The notes under the pieces are model-generated. The model had not been told where the DNA came from. It did no database searches and saw only the letters and a list, made by a program, of their open reading frames with translations. The position numbers and the translations under genes are program-made. Positions 1 through 12,446 of a stretch of DNA of 64,000 nt are shown here, piece after piece (the stretch's first letter is position 1; every line of letters begins with the position of its first letter). This DNA is from Trichosphaerium sp. ATCC 40318. Its lineage: Eukaryota > Protista > Tubulinea. The DNA lies in NCBI GenBank assembly GCA_038496445.1, contig JALMLS010000466.1, positions 434,001-498,000 of the forward strand, in the 5' to 3' direction.

Positions 1-3000
1 TGACGTGACACTGGGTTTAACAGCGTCAGTGAGGGCAAATCGGTTAATACGTTTTGGAGAGGTTTAGTTGAATAATAAAATAATACCCAATTCTTACTTA
101 CTACCCCAAGAACGAAACAACGCCTCCTGCAATTTCAGAGTGGAACATTACCCGAGTTTGCAAGGTATGGGTAAACCCAAGGTGGACACGTGTTCATTAC
201 AAACCAGGCATTTCTTCCGAGTATATGGTTGTCCTCATGTGCTATCATACTTTCGAGTATTTATCCTCTTGCAGCACCCATAAGCGCACGTGTTGACAAA
301 AAACGAAAGAATTTTGTTTTGTTATTATTTGGTTTCTCTAATCGTCTATCAAGATTATTATCGTTGCAATTACCGTTATAACTGCCATTGAGAACTGTTA
401 CTTTGGCAAAAAGGATAGCCAGGTAGGCAATCTCACTGTAGTTACGGTCATCGTGACTGTTGAGGTATTGTTTGGTAACATTTTTTTGTGCTAGTGCCGC
501 TATACTGTTGAACGCAAAGCAACCGTTGTTGTTAATGGAATGGAGGTTATAGATGATGTGAGAAACTTGGTGCCTGGCGATATTGTCAGAATTAGTATTG
601 GTGATTACATACCTGCAGATGTACGCCTAGTAGACACTAATGTATTCTCTACGCACTTGATCTACAGCTACAAAGATTCACAGCGTCGGTGTAATGATTG
701 CGTTTCTGGACAAGAAGATATAGAGGATGCACTTAATGTTGCATTTTGTGCATCACTAGCAATAGAGGGTACAGCGACAGGTACTGTTTTATGTCTTTAC
801 TTTTATTATCTGCATTTTCTGTGACTGTTGTAAGGTGTTGTTGTGAATACAGGCAAAAATACATGTAAGTTTCCATTCCTCTGGTGCCACGTCTTTTTAA
901 CACTAGTGCTCTTAGGGATTTACAAGAAATCTGCGAAGAATTTGAAGAAAAAAATTCAAACAAGAAAACAGGTCTAGTTTTTTAGGTTCTTACGTCGTTA
1001 CCTGACATACCATGTTAGCTGATATTGGAGAGAATCCAAAATCTGGAAGGAATATTATTTGTTATATTGTTCACGTTGTCCAGTTTCTTGTCAGTATTCG
1101 TGCATGTAGATGGCATATTCTTCTTTGCGGGACTTCTGTTACTAGGTTGCTCTGTTATTGCGTTTTTCTTTGGTTTCTTACCAGCCTTTAGCACCTGAGA
1201 TGCTCAAACTAGTCATTTGGGTTGCTCTGAGATACTCGATATATCGAGTGAGCAGCAATGCTGAAGTCAAAGTACAATATGCGTCTGTTTAAGCGAGCCT
1301 AATAGATTCTCATAGAGTGTACAAGCTATTGAACATCTTGGTACCACTTTAATTCACACTTTGACTTTTGTGGTTTAATGCTATGCTTTAGCCAATGTTA
1401 CTGCTATTTGTATTGATAGATGTTGTATGTAATAACTATTGATATCATTGCTTTAACACTGTCTTTAGCATTAATACAAGGAACATGGTATGATATTATC
1501 AAAAAAGAACTTAAAGAAATTGTAAAGTTGTTTTAGCCCTGTGGTTGTTGGGATTTGGTGTGATGGCAGAGTATGGGATATAAATGATGGAATAATAGGA
1601 TCATATATTGGAAATTCTGTACATTCTTCACACATTCGAGAGTACAACTGACACCTAAACTAGTCGTTTCACATGCTCATAAACGCTTCTTTGCTACTTT
1701 CTCGACAAAGGTTTGGATTGCTTAGAGATGACGCTATCGAAAACTTTGCTCGAGAAACACAGGTTGACTTATGTGAGACGAATTCGAGGATTATTTATTC
1801 TAATCAAAACAAGAATTTCTCAGTAAGTTGTCCAGATGGTCTATTTTTTAATATCCACGTGATATTTATTTTTAGCTTTGTGTATTTAAGGAGGATGTAA
1901 AAGGTGTTACCACATTATCAGTTATTGTCAAAGGTCCACCGCTGATGTTGATTGATATGTGTGATAAGTTTGTCAAGGATGGACTTGAGATACATTTCAA
2001 TAGTGAGATGAAACGTAGTTTCAAAGATGGTCATGATTGTCTTCATAAAAATGGATCAGAATACTTAGTTAGTTTCTGTCAATTAAGTACTTACCCTCCT
2101 CTTTGTTTTTTATTTAAATTTAACTAGGTCTTGATTCAACAAAGTACAGAGGAGGAGACTACGACTTTGGTTCAGATAAGAACTTTCCTCCAAAAACTAT
2201 GGCTTTTCTTGGAACATTCTCTTTGAAATTTAAGCTCATTGAAGGAGTCAAAAAAACTAGTACTTCACATGATTTAAATCAATCCAACAACTTGACTTGT
2301 TGACAGTAACATGTGCACGAAATGATGGTTTAAAATTCATAATGATGTCTTGGGATGGTGATGAAACTACAGCTAAAGCCATTGCTGAAAGATGTGGTAT
2401 ACTAACAAGTACATCAATACGGGAAAAAAACTTTGCATAAACAAGCTATAAGCAACCAATATCTAACATGATTTTTAAGAGAATCACCAAACCTTTGGAC
2501 ATACAATTGTGGTCAATAGACGCAAACTGATTAATACAAAAACCAAGAAAGATTGGGACAAGTACGTTCTTCTTTTCTTTTTGAAACACGTATTTACACA
2601 ACATTGTACTAACAATTGCTACTTAAGTGTTTTGAAGCATGATGAGATTATTTTCACCAAAGCATCTTCCTTAGATAAACACTGGATTGTTAAACATCTT
2701 AAGCGTATTGGTCATACCGTAGCAATATTTGGTGATGGTACAGGAGATTATTCTTCAATTCTACAAGCAGATATTGGTATAGCTCCTAAAAATCTCAGTA
2801 CAAATGTAGTAAAAGATGCTAGTCAGGTCATAACTCAGTACGCCCATATATTGAGTATATGTGATTACATTTTGAAGTTGTTGTATTAATTTCTTGACTC
2901 GCAGGGATAAAAATATTACCACTCTTATTGATTTAATTAACGACAGTAACAATATTTTTGGATTGATAACAAACTCAGTTTCTTGTATCATGTCGAGTAT

Positions 3001-3590
3001 GATACCGCAAATAATTGGATTGATCTACATTATGCTTAAAATGCGTAATCCGTTGTTGTTTATTTACCTACGTGCGTTGCAACACCTACACCCTTTTCCT
3101 ATTTTTTTCCTTTTTCAAAAGGTAAACGTTTTGCTGAACGTTAACTCTATTGTAGTTGTATTTGATGTTTTACTTGTTAATTTAAGTGATTTGATAAGAA
3201 TTTACTTTAAAAGTAGCACGCACTCACATATTACCAAGAGGTACAATGGTGCCTTTAAACAAATGAATCCTAATAGCTTTTAGCATACCACTCCTACAGC
3301 AATTTCTACCAATCATCAGAAACGGCCTGCTTCAAACCTTTGCTGGCTTTTCAGTGTGCGTCAACCACCGCGAAACCGTGGCAATACTGTGCTCATTACT
3401 TTGTAATAGATCCTTTATAATCGCTGGTTGGTTTCATTTTGTACGCCTTCGAATTGATAGAAAAAAAACTTGTTTTAACCTCACTTTCTACTAGAGAGAA
3501 GTAAAACAGTCATCATGGATACTTATGCTTGGATACTTTTTTGCAGTATTAGTCACGCAAATACTACTCATAGTATTTGATAGGAAATGA
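1..3590 (+). CDS. Highly divergent P-type ATPase (type IIC Na/K-like) with degenerate catalytic motifs; 5' end lies outside the window
   Basis: Spliced exons give LVPGDIVRISIGDYIPADVR, EGTATG-VVVNTGKNT, APEML (PEGL), VKSVQAIEHLANVTAICIDRCSLIQ (aligns to [20 protein letters not shown]), TAKAIAERCGI, HDEIIFTK and VAIFGDGTGDYSSILQADIGIA. The 3' end is approximate. Confidence 0.8.
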
Positions 3591-3654
3591 AAGAAACATT
3601 CAACAAACAAAAAACTGTTTAAACATTCATGTTTTTATTCAACACGTAGTCAAT

Positions 3655-5326
3655 TTAATTACCATCTCCTTGACCCCAATAAAACTTTCTTTCCATAATC
3701 TTATTAATAAATCCTTGTTGGAAAGACTGGTTTTCTGTTTCTTTCAACTCGTTATAAAAAGCCAATCCCTTATTATAACCACGTGTACCAGCGTCATCAA
3801 ACCTAACATGAAAAAAAAAAGTCAATACTGCTCTTACATCGTATTCTAAAGCATACGTGTGATAAACCAATTCATCAATACCAGCATATTCTGCAGCGGC
3901 TAGTTGTAGCGCAGCCATCAACTCCCTGTCACCTCCAAAAGCACCTATTTAAACAGTTACAAGAAGCAAAATATACAAGGCATGCAGAATGTGCACTCCA
4001 GCTTAGTCTTAACTCCTACATACCTGTTCCCCAATTACCAGTGTGTACTATGACGTTTGGAGATTCTATGGACTTCTCTTTTGCTATCTATACAGCGAAA
4101 TATAAGGTACTGTTTCACACTATTGACTAACCCTAAGTGATTCGTGCTTTGCAGCAAAAAAAGAAGTGTATGCAGTTGTAAACATATCAACAACTTGCTC
4201 TAGTTTGTATGGACCTCTACCATTTCCAAGAGCAGCCATACATATCAGATTGGTAGTAGTTGGTGGATTGATCACCTCAGTTGCACGTCTTATTGCATCA
4301 CGACTACAAAACGATCAATAAGAACTCTTTAACAGCAACTTTTAAAAAATTATGATTGTACCTTGCCGTTTGGAATTGGTTACCGTACAGACCAAAAGGC
4401 CTTCCTCTATTAGGGTTTCTATCAGTAGCGACCTAGTATGTATAAGATTAGATTGTAGAACAGTAAAAAACCCTCGGATATGTACCTTGCAACGACGTTC
4501 AATGCCAGCAATAAGAATAGGTGTTGGAAAGAATTGATCTCTTGTCAAAGGCTTTAAATTGGGATTCTCGGCCGAGTTCGACTTCAAGTACTCTACAATA
4601 AACGTCTAAGAGTGATTGACTAACGTGACCTGATAGCATACCTTTAAGGTGACCCAAGGAAGGATGTTCTACAAAAAACAAAAAATGTAAGAAAACAGCG
4701 AAATTCACTTCAGTGAAAGCGTGCCTGCTACTTGCATTTCGTCTTGAGCGAATAATGGTCCTCCGTGAGCCACGAATAGATGTGTATCTGCAAAGTTAAC
4801 ATACCTTTTGGAGTAAATAATAATTCTGAACTCAACGTGGCACTTACCATTCAATGTCGTTTTTATTTTCACTTTCTGTATAAGAAAAAACGTCTTGTTG
4901 GCTCTTTAGAGTACATTTCTGGTTTGGCGGAAATCTTTTCAGAAAACGGTAAGTGGTTGTAATCTATGCCTTCTATGTATTACATAGAGGTTAATTACGC
5001 ACTTATTAACAACAGGGATGGCTTTCCAGCGTGTAAACTGTAAATGGCCTGAAATTCGGTTAACACAGTTTTCATTGTTTTTATTTAGTACCTTTGTGTT
5101 CTGTGCCAGTGGGACATGCTATATCGTACACTAATTTTTTGAGTGGATTGTTAATGAGCGTGTTAAACGCTTCTACCATGCTACTAGTTTTAATTTTTAC
5201 GCTGGCAGAGCAGAAGGGAGATATATCCTGTGGGTGCCTGCGTACAAGCTAGTTAGTTTGTAGTACTTTTTGACACGTTTACGTGTCTGTAGTGAGGAGT
5301 TTCTGGTGACTCTCAGCGTTACCCAT
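3655..5326 (-). CDS. PARG-like (poly(ADP-ribose) glycohydrolase macrodomain) protein of a bacterial-type family
   Basis: Spliced product MGNAES...VYDIACP...WYVNFADTHLFVAHGGPLFAQDEMQVAEHP...PTPILIAGIERRC...VHTGNWGTGAFGGDRELMAALQLAAA...WGQGDGN. VNFA, GG-x4-QDE and TGNWGxGAFGG correspond to PARG motifs. Confidence 0.75.
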
Positions 5327-5848
5327 AGTTCCTGTTGTAAAAACAAATAACAGCAACAGTAACTTGACCAAACAGCTTAAGTAGCCTAAACTCATTGTAA
5401 ATTCCTACTGTAAACAAGAAGTAGCAACTTGACAGGCTTAAGGTATTATGCTTAATGCAGGTTATGCGGCTATACAGATATACAACAAGTCACTTTTAGA
5501 TTTTCACAATAATAACTGTACATGATATCCTTTATTGCGTACTTTGCCTTGGATAAGTGAGCTTGCTAAGACCAATGCATAACGAAGACAACTATTGGGA
5601 GCCTACAAGAGCAACGCAATAATATTTCCATTTAGCTTACAACGAAAACAGTGAATCCGAGTGTAGGCAAAATATGTACAGGAGCTTGGTACTTTAAGAA
5701 TACAACTGTTGTGTCACTAGCAAAAGCTACAGTTTTGCATCAAGGCACGTGCCGTGAGGGTACCTTAGAGTTCACATAACTATTTTAAGCAAACTATCAT
5801 TGTAACCCCGTACCTTTAATCAACACTTACGCTGAACTAGTTCCTACC

Positions 5849-6144
5849 ATGACAGAACCAAATGCCGCCACGAAAGACGTGCCTAAAGAAACTCCACCCA
5901 AGCAGACAGAAAAAGCTGATAAGCCTGCTGCAAAAGGCAGTACGTACCCCGCCTTACTTGAATAAACCTTTCTTACGTTCAATTTTGTGTAAAGCATGTG
6001 ACGTATGAAAAACTGCTTGTTAGAACTCACGCACGTGTAGGAACGAAGAAAATGAGGCAAAAACCTGAAATACAAAATCTCATACTACCTGTAACATTGG
6101 ATGATACAGATGGCTTTAATTGTCCTGCTTGTGGCATGGGATAA
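5849..6144 (+). CDS. 64-aa K/P/T-rich peptide ending CPACGMG (ChrA-like MNIO RiPP precursor motif)
   Basis: Exon 1 5849-5939, intron 5940-6040 (GTACGT...CTCAC...GTGTAG), exon 2 6041-6144. Product: MTEPNAATKDVPKETPPKQTEKADKPAAKGRTKKMRQKPEIQNLILPVTLDDTDGFNCPACGMG*. Additional upstream exons are possible. Confidence 0.75.
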
Positions 6145-6812
6145 CAAAAAACAAGGCAACGTTTGCTCAAGAATTCTGCACTCAAGTTGGTGTAGACCAG
6201 CAAAAAAAATGACAAATCGAGTACTAATAAAAAAAAGTTTTTTAATTATAAGTCTTGAATATTTAGTGTGATTATTTATGTACATTGCATGAACATTGGT
6301 TTGGCCAGACTTGGAGTTAATGTTTTTAGTACTACCACTAAAATACCTTGCTCTCAAAAAGAGATAGAGAGTTAACAAGTATTAAAATTAGTAGTACTTT
6401 GAAAATCCCTCGAAGCTAGAGGTGCAATGTTCGGATTATATAAATAACTGTCTGGCCAATTTTAGATTTTGGTTTTTGCCTTTTCTTCTTTTTTTTTTCT
6501 TTTTTTTTTTTTTATCCTTTTTTACAGCCGGTTTCATCTTAATCTCGAAAAAAAACTGTACAGTCGGGAACAAGATGAGTTGTCAAAAAAAACGGTGAGT
6601 CGTGAGAGAGGTAGAGAAACATTCGTGACACAAAAAAAGAGATGATATAGCCCATATGATATAGCCCATATGTTCGTGCGTTTGGTTTTTTTTTCGGTGG
6701 TTGTTTCTCCGTCTTTTTGGTGGATCCTGCTTTTTTCAATAATTGGAGAATTTCGTTTTTCTTTTTTTTTTTTTTCAGTTTGTTTTGATTTTCTTCTTTT
6801 TTTTTTTTTGTT

Positions 6813-9766
6813 TTACTCGGTACCCTTATCCGCTGGTTGCCCTGAACCTTTGTGAGCCAAGATTGTCGTTTTTTGCTTCTAATGCTTACTGAGGTTTGTT
6901 TGAGTAGGAGGTGGTGTCGTGTTTCTCACTGGAGTCCTCTTAGTTGCAACAGGTGATGAGGGTGTCTTCAAAGGAGCTGCTTTAGCAGGAGACTTAAAAA
7001 AGGAAGCAGAGTCAGAAGAAATCAATCAAACAGAAAAAATCAAAAAAAAAAATCGGATAAATACCTTTGGAGGTGCTGCCTTTTTAGCGCGTGCCATGTC
7101 AGCATAACTTGGCGTGGAAGGCGTTTTAGGTGGCGCTGTAGGCGTAGAAGTAGTTTTGACTGGCGTCTTTGGAGCAACAGCTGTCTGTTTATCCTGCAAA
7201 AAAGGTTGTTTAGTAAAGAATAATTTTTCTTTTGAGAAATCTTTTTTTTCTTTCAAAAATTTTCTTGTGTGCAAAGAGATGCACCTCTTTTCCGACTGGT
7301 TTTTTAGGAGTAGTATTTGCTTGTGGTTTATTTGCTTGGCTTCTAGGAGCAGATTTCCTTGGTGCATTACCCTTTGAAGGCGTTGAAGAACCGTTTTTGT
7401 TAAACTTTGAGCGTTTCTAAAATATTTAGTGAGCAGATGACCAAAAAAGTTGTGTGCAACAATAACGCCAAACAAAAAACAATTAAAAAACGAGAAAGTA
7501 GGCCTACCTCTTGTGCTCTCTTTGGTTTACTTGCAGGAGCTTTCGAAGCTGGTGACTTTGAAACTTGAGGAGCAGTTTTTACTACATCCTTAAAAGATTT
7601 TCCACCGAGTTTGCTATTAGCAGGTTTCCCTAAAAGCAAGTGAGCGAAAGCCGTTTATTCAAACGTGTAAAAAAATGGGTGGCGAAAGGCTTTTTTTTTG
7701 TTGATTACGTACATGCTGGAGCATCTTTTTGGCTCACTGAAACCTTTCCGTCAGGTGCAGGTGCCTTAGCAGGTGCGGGTTTTGTTGTATCTCGAACTTT
7801 TCTCTTGTCTTCAACTACTTCTAATTTTGCTCTAACGATACAGTTAGTAACGAAAAAAATACCACCAATGCGCATGTATAATTACACGTTACGGTACGCA
7901 TTCTAAAAGAAGAAAGAGGCAAAAAAAAAAAAAAAAACTGTACTTACTCCGGTGAAATAGTCTTAGTTTGCTCTAATTCTACTACTGCGTCCTTCAATAC
8001 GACTGGACAATCATCTGTGTCAAAACTAGGCGATTTGATACCTTTTTTTGTTTCTTCAAGTATAACTGCAAGCATTTGCTCTCTAGAATATGCCTGAACA
8101 TCATCTCCGTCAGGAGAAGGTAGTGGAGGAAAGTGTGATGATGTAAATTCAATCTTTGTTGCAACATGTGCTAAACGAACGTTAAAACTAGAAAAAAACG
8201 CAATGGAGAAAAAAAAGGTAAACAAAACAACAAAAAAAATGGAATTCAAATAAAACAAGCGCTGAACCAAACGTACGTTTAACTGGTCTCCCTCTTGATG
8301 TCTTACGTTTACCTCTGTTACCACTACGGTTACCATTTGTATTCTAAACGCAGTTTTAGCCGAATAAATGCTGTTTTTGCTTCAAAAAAAAAAAACAAAA
8401 CAAACAAAAAAAACAAACGCTTACACGATTTTCGTTTTGTCCTTCTGAGTAATTCATTTGATTACGTTTGTTATAAGCATTTCTTCCACCTCTACCACGG
8501 TTGAACCTCTTATTATTACGACCTCTAGATTCTCCTCTGTATCCCCCACGACCCATACGATCAGCCCACATGTGGTTGTACCTAGATAATCATTGTGAAT
8601 TTTTGGAACTTGAACGGCGCTTTTTGTCATGCATTATAACGCGAATAAAGCACGTACCTAGGCTGGCCGTTCGCCATTTGATTTTGGTAAAAATTAGGGT
8701 AGCTGTAAGCTGCTGGTACAGTAGTAGTAGCTTGTGGTTGATAGTAACTACAGTGGATGAGCGAGTCGTACGTAGAATATTGATCAAGCGGATAATAAAG
8801 CGTACAATCCTTTCAAAAGTGTTTCAGATTTAATTCTGCAAGATATTGCTTTGTCATTGTATTTTTGAGATCGAAGAAAGAAACACGCATCAACAGTTTG
8901 ATCCTAAGCGATAAAAAATGAGTTCTCAACATACATTTTATTATTTTTCGCAAATTATGACATACCTCCTCCTTGAAAACTACAAACCAAGTGTTGCTAA
9001 CATCTGAGCGTACAGATACAATGTGTTGTGCGTATTCTGATCCAAACAGAGCTTTTATATCCTAAACGCGTTAGAAGACGCCAATAAAAAACTATTTCAA
9101 GCATAATTAAAGACAAGAAACAATATGCAGCGCGTTTACGCTACTATAGTTGCGATCTGTCACATGTCAGTAAAGTACCTCCTCAGTAACTGTACTGCTC
9201 GGAATATCGCGAATAATTATCGTATTACGCTTGTTTAGTTGTTCGGTTGGTTTCGCGGCCGTTTTGTCGCTATTAAACACAGCTTTTTCTGATTTCTCTA
9301 AAGCCTCCAAAACCAGGTCTTTATCTTTTGTGAGGGCCAATACTGTTGCCACTTGCATTACGTTTTCAATAGGCATAAAATGATTCCCGTCCATCGATTG
9401 CACAAGAACTGGATCAGTTGCCAAATAGTCCTTTGTAAATACATGATCGATTTGCTTTTGTAAGATACGCAATAATTGATCCCTATCTAGAACGTACGAG
9501 TGAGAAAAAAGGTAAAAAAGCGAATCTGTAAAGCGAGGCAGACACAAACGCCAAAATTCCAATACGGTGGCATATATGGTCTTACCCAAAGGTGCTACAG
9601 GCTGGGCGGATGTATTCCATTGCCAAGGCTCTGCTTGCTCTTCCGAAAGCTTGTATACGCCATTATCCGTTTGTTTTTGGGTGTTCAGCGCTCTAGGGGC
9701 ATCATTCTCCGTAGTTTCTTTGAGCGCCGTTTGCACAACAGTTTTCTCAACTTGTGTACTGCTCAT
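6813..9766 (-). CDS. La-related protein (LARP4-like): La motif, RRM, RGG-rich region and low-complexity tail
   Basis: LQKQIDHVFTKDYLATDPVLVQSMD (La motif), RNTIIIRDIP and NTWFVVF (RRM), GRGGYRGESRGR, EFTSSHFPPLP; multi-exon. Confidence 0.8.
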
Positions 9767-10209
9767 TGCGCGCTAGAGATCGCCACCCGTGTTTTGTAAA
9801 TAAAGTAATGCAACAGCAGCTATTTTGTACGAAAAACAAAATATATGTGAAAATTTTGTTGGATTTTTATGGCCAAATGCGTGTATCATCAAGCCTTCAC
9901 TTTCAAACGCACATAAGCATTCTTAAAACAATACTTATAAATAAAAAGGACGTAGTACAACAAAATTTGCATCTTTTTTACTTTTTGGGCTCTTGCACCT
10001 TATCTATTTTGACAGTAATGACATTCCATTGGATAAACATATACTATAGAGTGTGTTGACGATAACAAAACAAACAAAACGCGAACTGTGGGTTTTTACG
10101 TTGAAAAAAAAAATCTGTCAACTCATTTTTTTCTTTTATTGGTTCTCGAAGAAAAATTACATTTGACAAAACGGGACGAGTTGTTGTCAAGCTAGAGAGG
10201 GCATTTTTT

Positions 10210-12189
10210 TTACTTTTTCTTCTTTCCACCGCCGCCACCGCCGTGTTTAAAGACAATGATATCAGCATCTTGAACAACGTAGTTACGTCCTTCTTGTTTG
10301 TATTTACCTAGCACGAGGTCAGAAGGGAGTGTTTGCTAGTGTATTGCTGCGTGCCTTTAGCTTTTACTTCAGATTCAGTACCGAGTTCTTTCAAATCAGC
10401 AAACTTCATGACTTCAGCGCAAATAAAGAATTTTTCGAAATCTCCATGGATGACAGCACCGGCTTGTGGTGCTTTTGAATTGGCCTAATATAAAGTTACA
10501 TCATGCTGGTTTTCCTGAGTTGCAAGAAAATCTGTTAAAAGCATACGTGAAGGGTCCAAGCTTTGACTTCATCAGGTCCACAGGTGAAGAAATTGATGAG
10601 GTGGAGTGTACGGAAACCTTGCAAGGTGAGTAAGTCACTGATGTGTCTATTACTTTGAGGTACCTTGTTGAACAATACGAGGAAGCATAGACTTTGTCTT
10701 CTTTTCCTTGCAATATTTTGCGGCTTCTTCTGGACCAAGATGGACAAGCTGAAGAATAATCAATTAAAGAGGTTTAACATTCAGTCATCAAAGCACGTAC
10801 ATTTTGCTCAAACGGTACACTGAATGGGATGATCAAATCTCCCTTCTTTTTGCTCTCAACCCATTCCTTGATTTTGGCCAACCTTTGCAAACTGTAAGGA
10901 AACAAAGAGTAGAGATACAAAACAAAAAAAAAGTGCACAAACAAAATCTAAAACACAGTTCGCGTTGTGAGCCTCCCAAAACTTTTTTGTTGTCTGTGCC
11001 AACGATGTTGAGAGTGCAAGAGGCGTAGAATGCTTTGGTAAGGCCAAAAAAAAAAGCAAGAAAGCGCTTGTTATTCTCACCATTTGTTCTTTTGTCTGAG
11101 GAATCCGCGTTCGCTCAAGTTGACAAGGTAGATTACTGGTTTAGCGGTCAACAACATCATTGAGTTCAAGACTTCAATCTTTAATCAGTTTCATTAGTAT
11201 TCAAACGAGAGTACAATATGAAGAGCTACGTACTTCCTTGTTGCTCCATTCGCAAGTACGGATTTCTTCGCGATCCTCTACAAGTTTTTTGTAGATCTTA
11301 CCGACAATGACCTACAAGAAAAACCATGAGCGCTCGGACGGGCCAAAGTCCAACAAATTGTTTCGAAAAAAATAAAAAGAAAGAACCACATACTGCTTCA
11401 TCACGCTTTTCCTTTACTCTGGTTGCTTCCTTATCAATTTTTTCTTTGTAAGTCGTGATCCATTCAATATCTTTCTCCATAAGTTCTTCGGAGATGACTT
11501 GCAAATCTCTGATAGGGTCTACATTTCCTTCTACGTGAGTGACATCTTCATCCTCAAAGCATCCTATTGGTTGAAAAAAACGTTAAAAAGACCTCAGAGT
11601 AGGCTTGTAAGCGAGATACGTACGAACAAGATGGAAAATGCCGTCAACACCTTGGATGTTTGACAAAAACGCATTACCAAGACCTTCTCCCTTTGAAGCA
11701 CCCTTGATCAAACCAGCGATATCTACAACCTACAGAATAATGTTTTAATTCAATTATACGTTTGATAGTGTTTTCCTAACCTCCAAAAAGGCGTTCATTT
11801 TCTTTGCTGGTTTATATTGCTTTACAAGCCAATCAAAGCGTCTATCAGGAAGTGTAACACGCGGTACATTCTGTCAGCACAAAACAATAGAACAAGCACG
11901 TATCTGACGTAGGATCGATGGTACAGAAAGGATAGTTCTCTGCAGGCACGGTAAGACCAGCGAGAATGTTAAACAGGGAAGATTTTCCTAAATACCCTCT
12001 GTTAGTACGAGCAAGCGTTCGTGTACTAGAGAATTAATTCGCAATTTTCACCCATTCTTCTCTGTGAGCGACGATTACGCGACAAAAAGACGTACCAACG
12101 TTTGGAAAGCCAACGATACCCATTTTCAAATGGTTTTTGACTCTACCGAGCATCTTTTTCACCTCTGGCTCACCCTTTTTCTTGCTCAT
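10210..12189 (-). CDS. OLA1: Obg-like ATPase 1 (YchF family)
   Basis: [74 protein letters not shown]. Confidence 0.95.
11864..11903 (-). other. 40-nt AT-AC intron with U2-type signals in OLA1
   Basis: Minus-strand intron ATACGT...CTGACAGAATGTAC. Its removal gives [18 protein letters not shown], collinear with OLA1. No GT-AG pair restores the frame without deleting conserved residues. Confidence 0.75.
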
Positions 12190-12446
12190 TGTTGCAACGC
12201 TTTGTAACTATGAACTGTGCAGAAACAAAAGCAAAAAAAGTCAAAAGCTTAAGTATGCGCGGCTTAAACAACCAACAAACTTGCTTTACATAGCCTGGCT
12301 ATGACAACAGACACGGCTCTTTACATTAACAAAGAGCTTGTCTGTTAACCTGGCTCACGTGCGCACAAGGTAGAGAGATACAAGTTGGCGTTAAATGTCA
12401 CAAAACCTGTGCACATTGACTTTTATTTACAACAATTGCACTACTT

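Noticed and set aside
4933-5310. Apparent frameshifts in the 5' exons of the PARG-like gene
   Set aside because: Resolved by using downstream AG acceptors; the introns are canonical.
6645-6672. Tandem duplicate ATATAGCCCATATG x2
   Set aside because: Only two copies in a 3' UTR/intergenic region; a simple slippage duplication, not an array.
6470-6812. Long poly-T/poly-A tracts and Phe/Lys-rich ORFs
   Set aside because: Ordinary low-complexity UTR/intergenic sequence of an AT-rich genome.
11871-11912. CT-AC or AC-AG readings of the odd OLA1 intron
   Set aside because: The AT-AC reading fits the donor consensus, branch-point spacing and protein alignment better.
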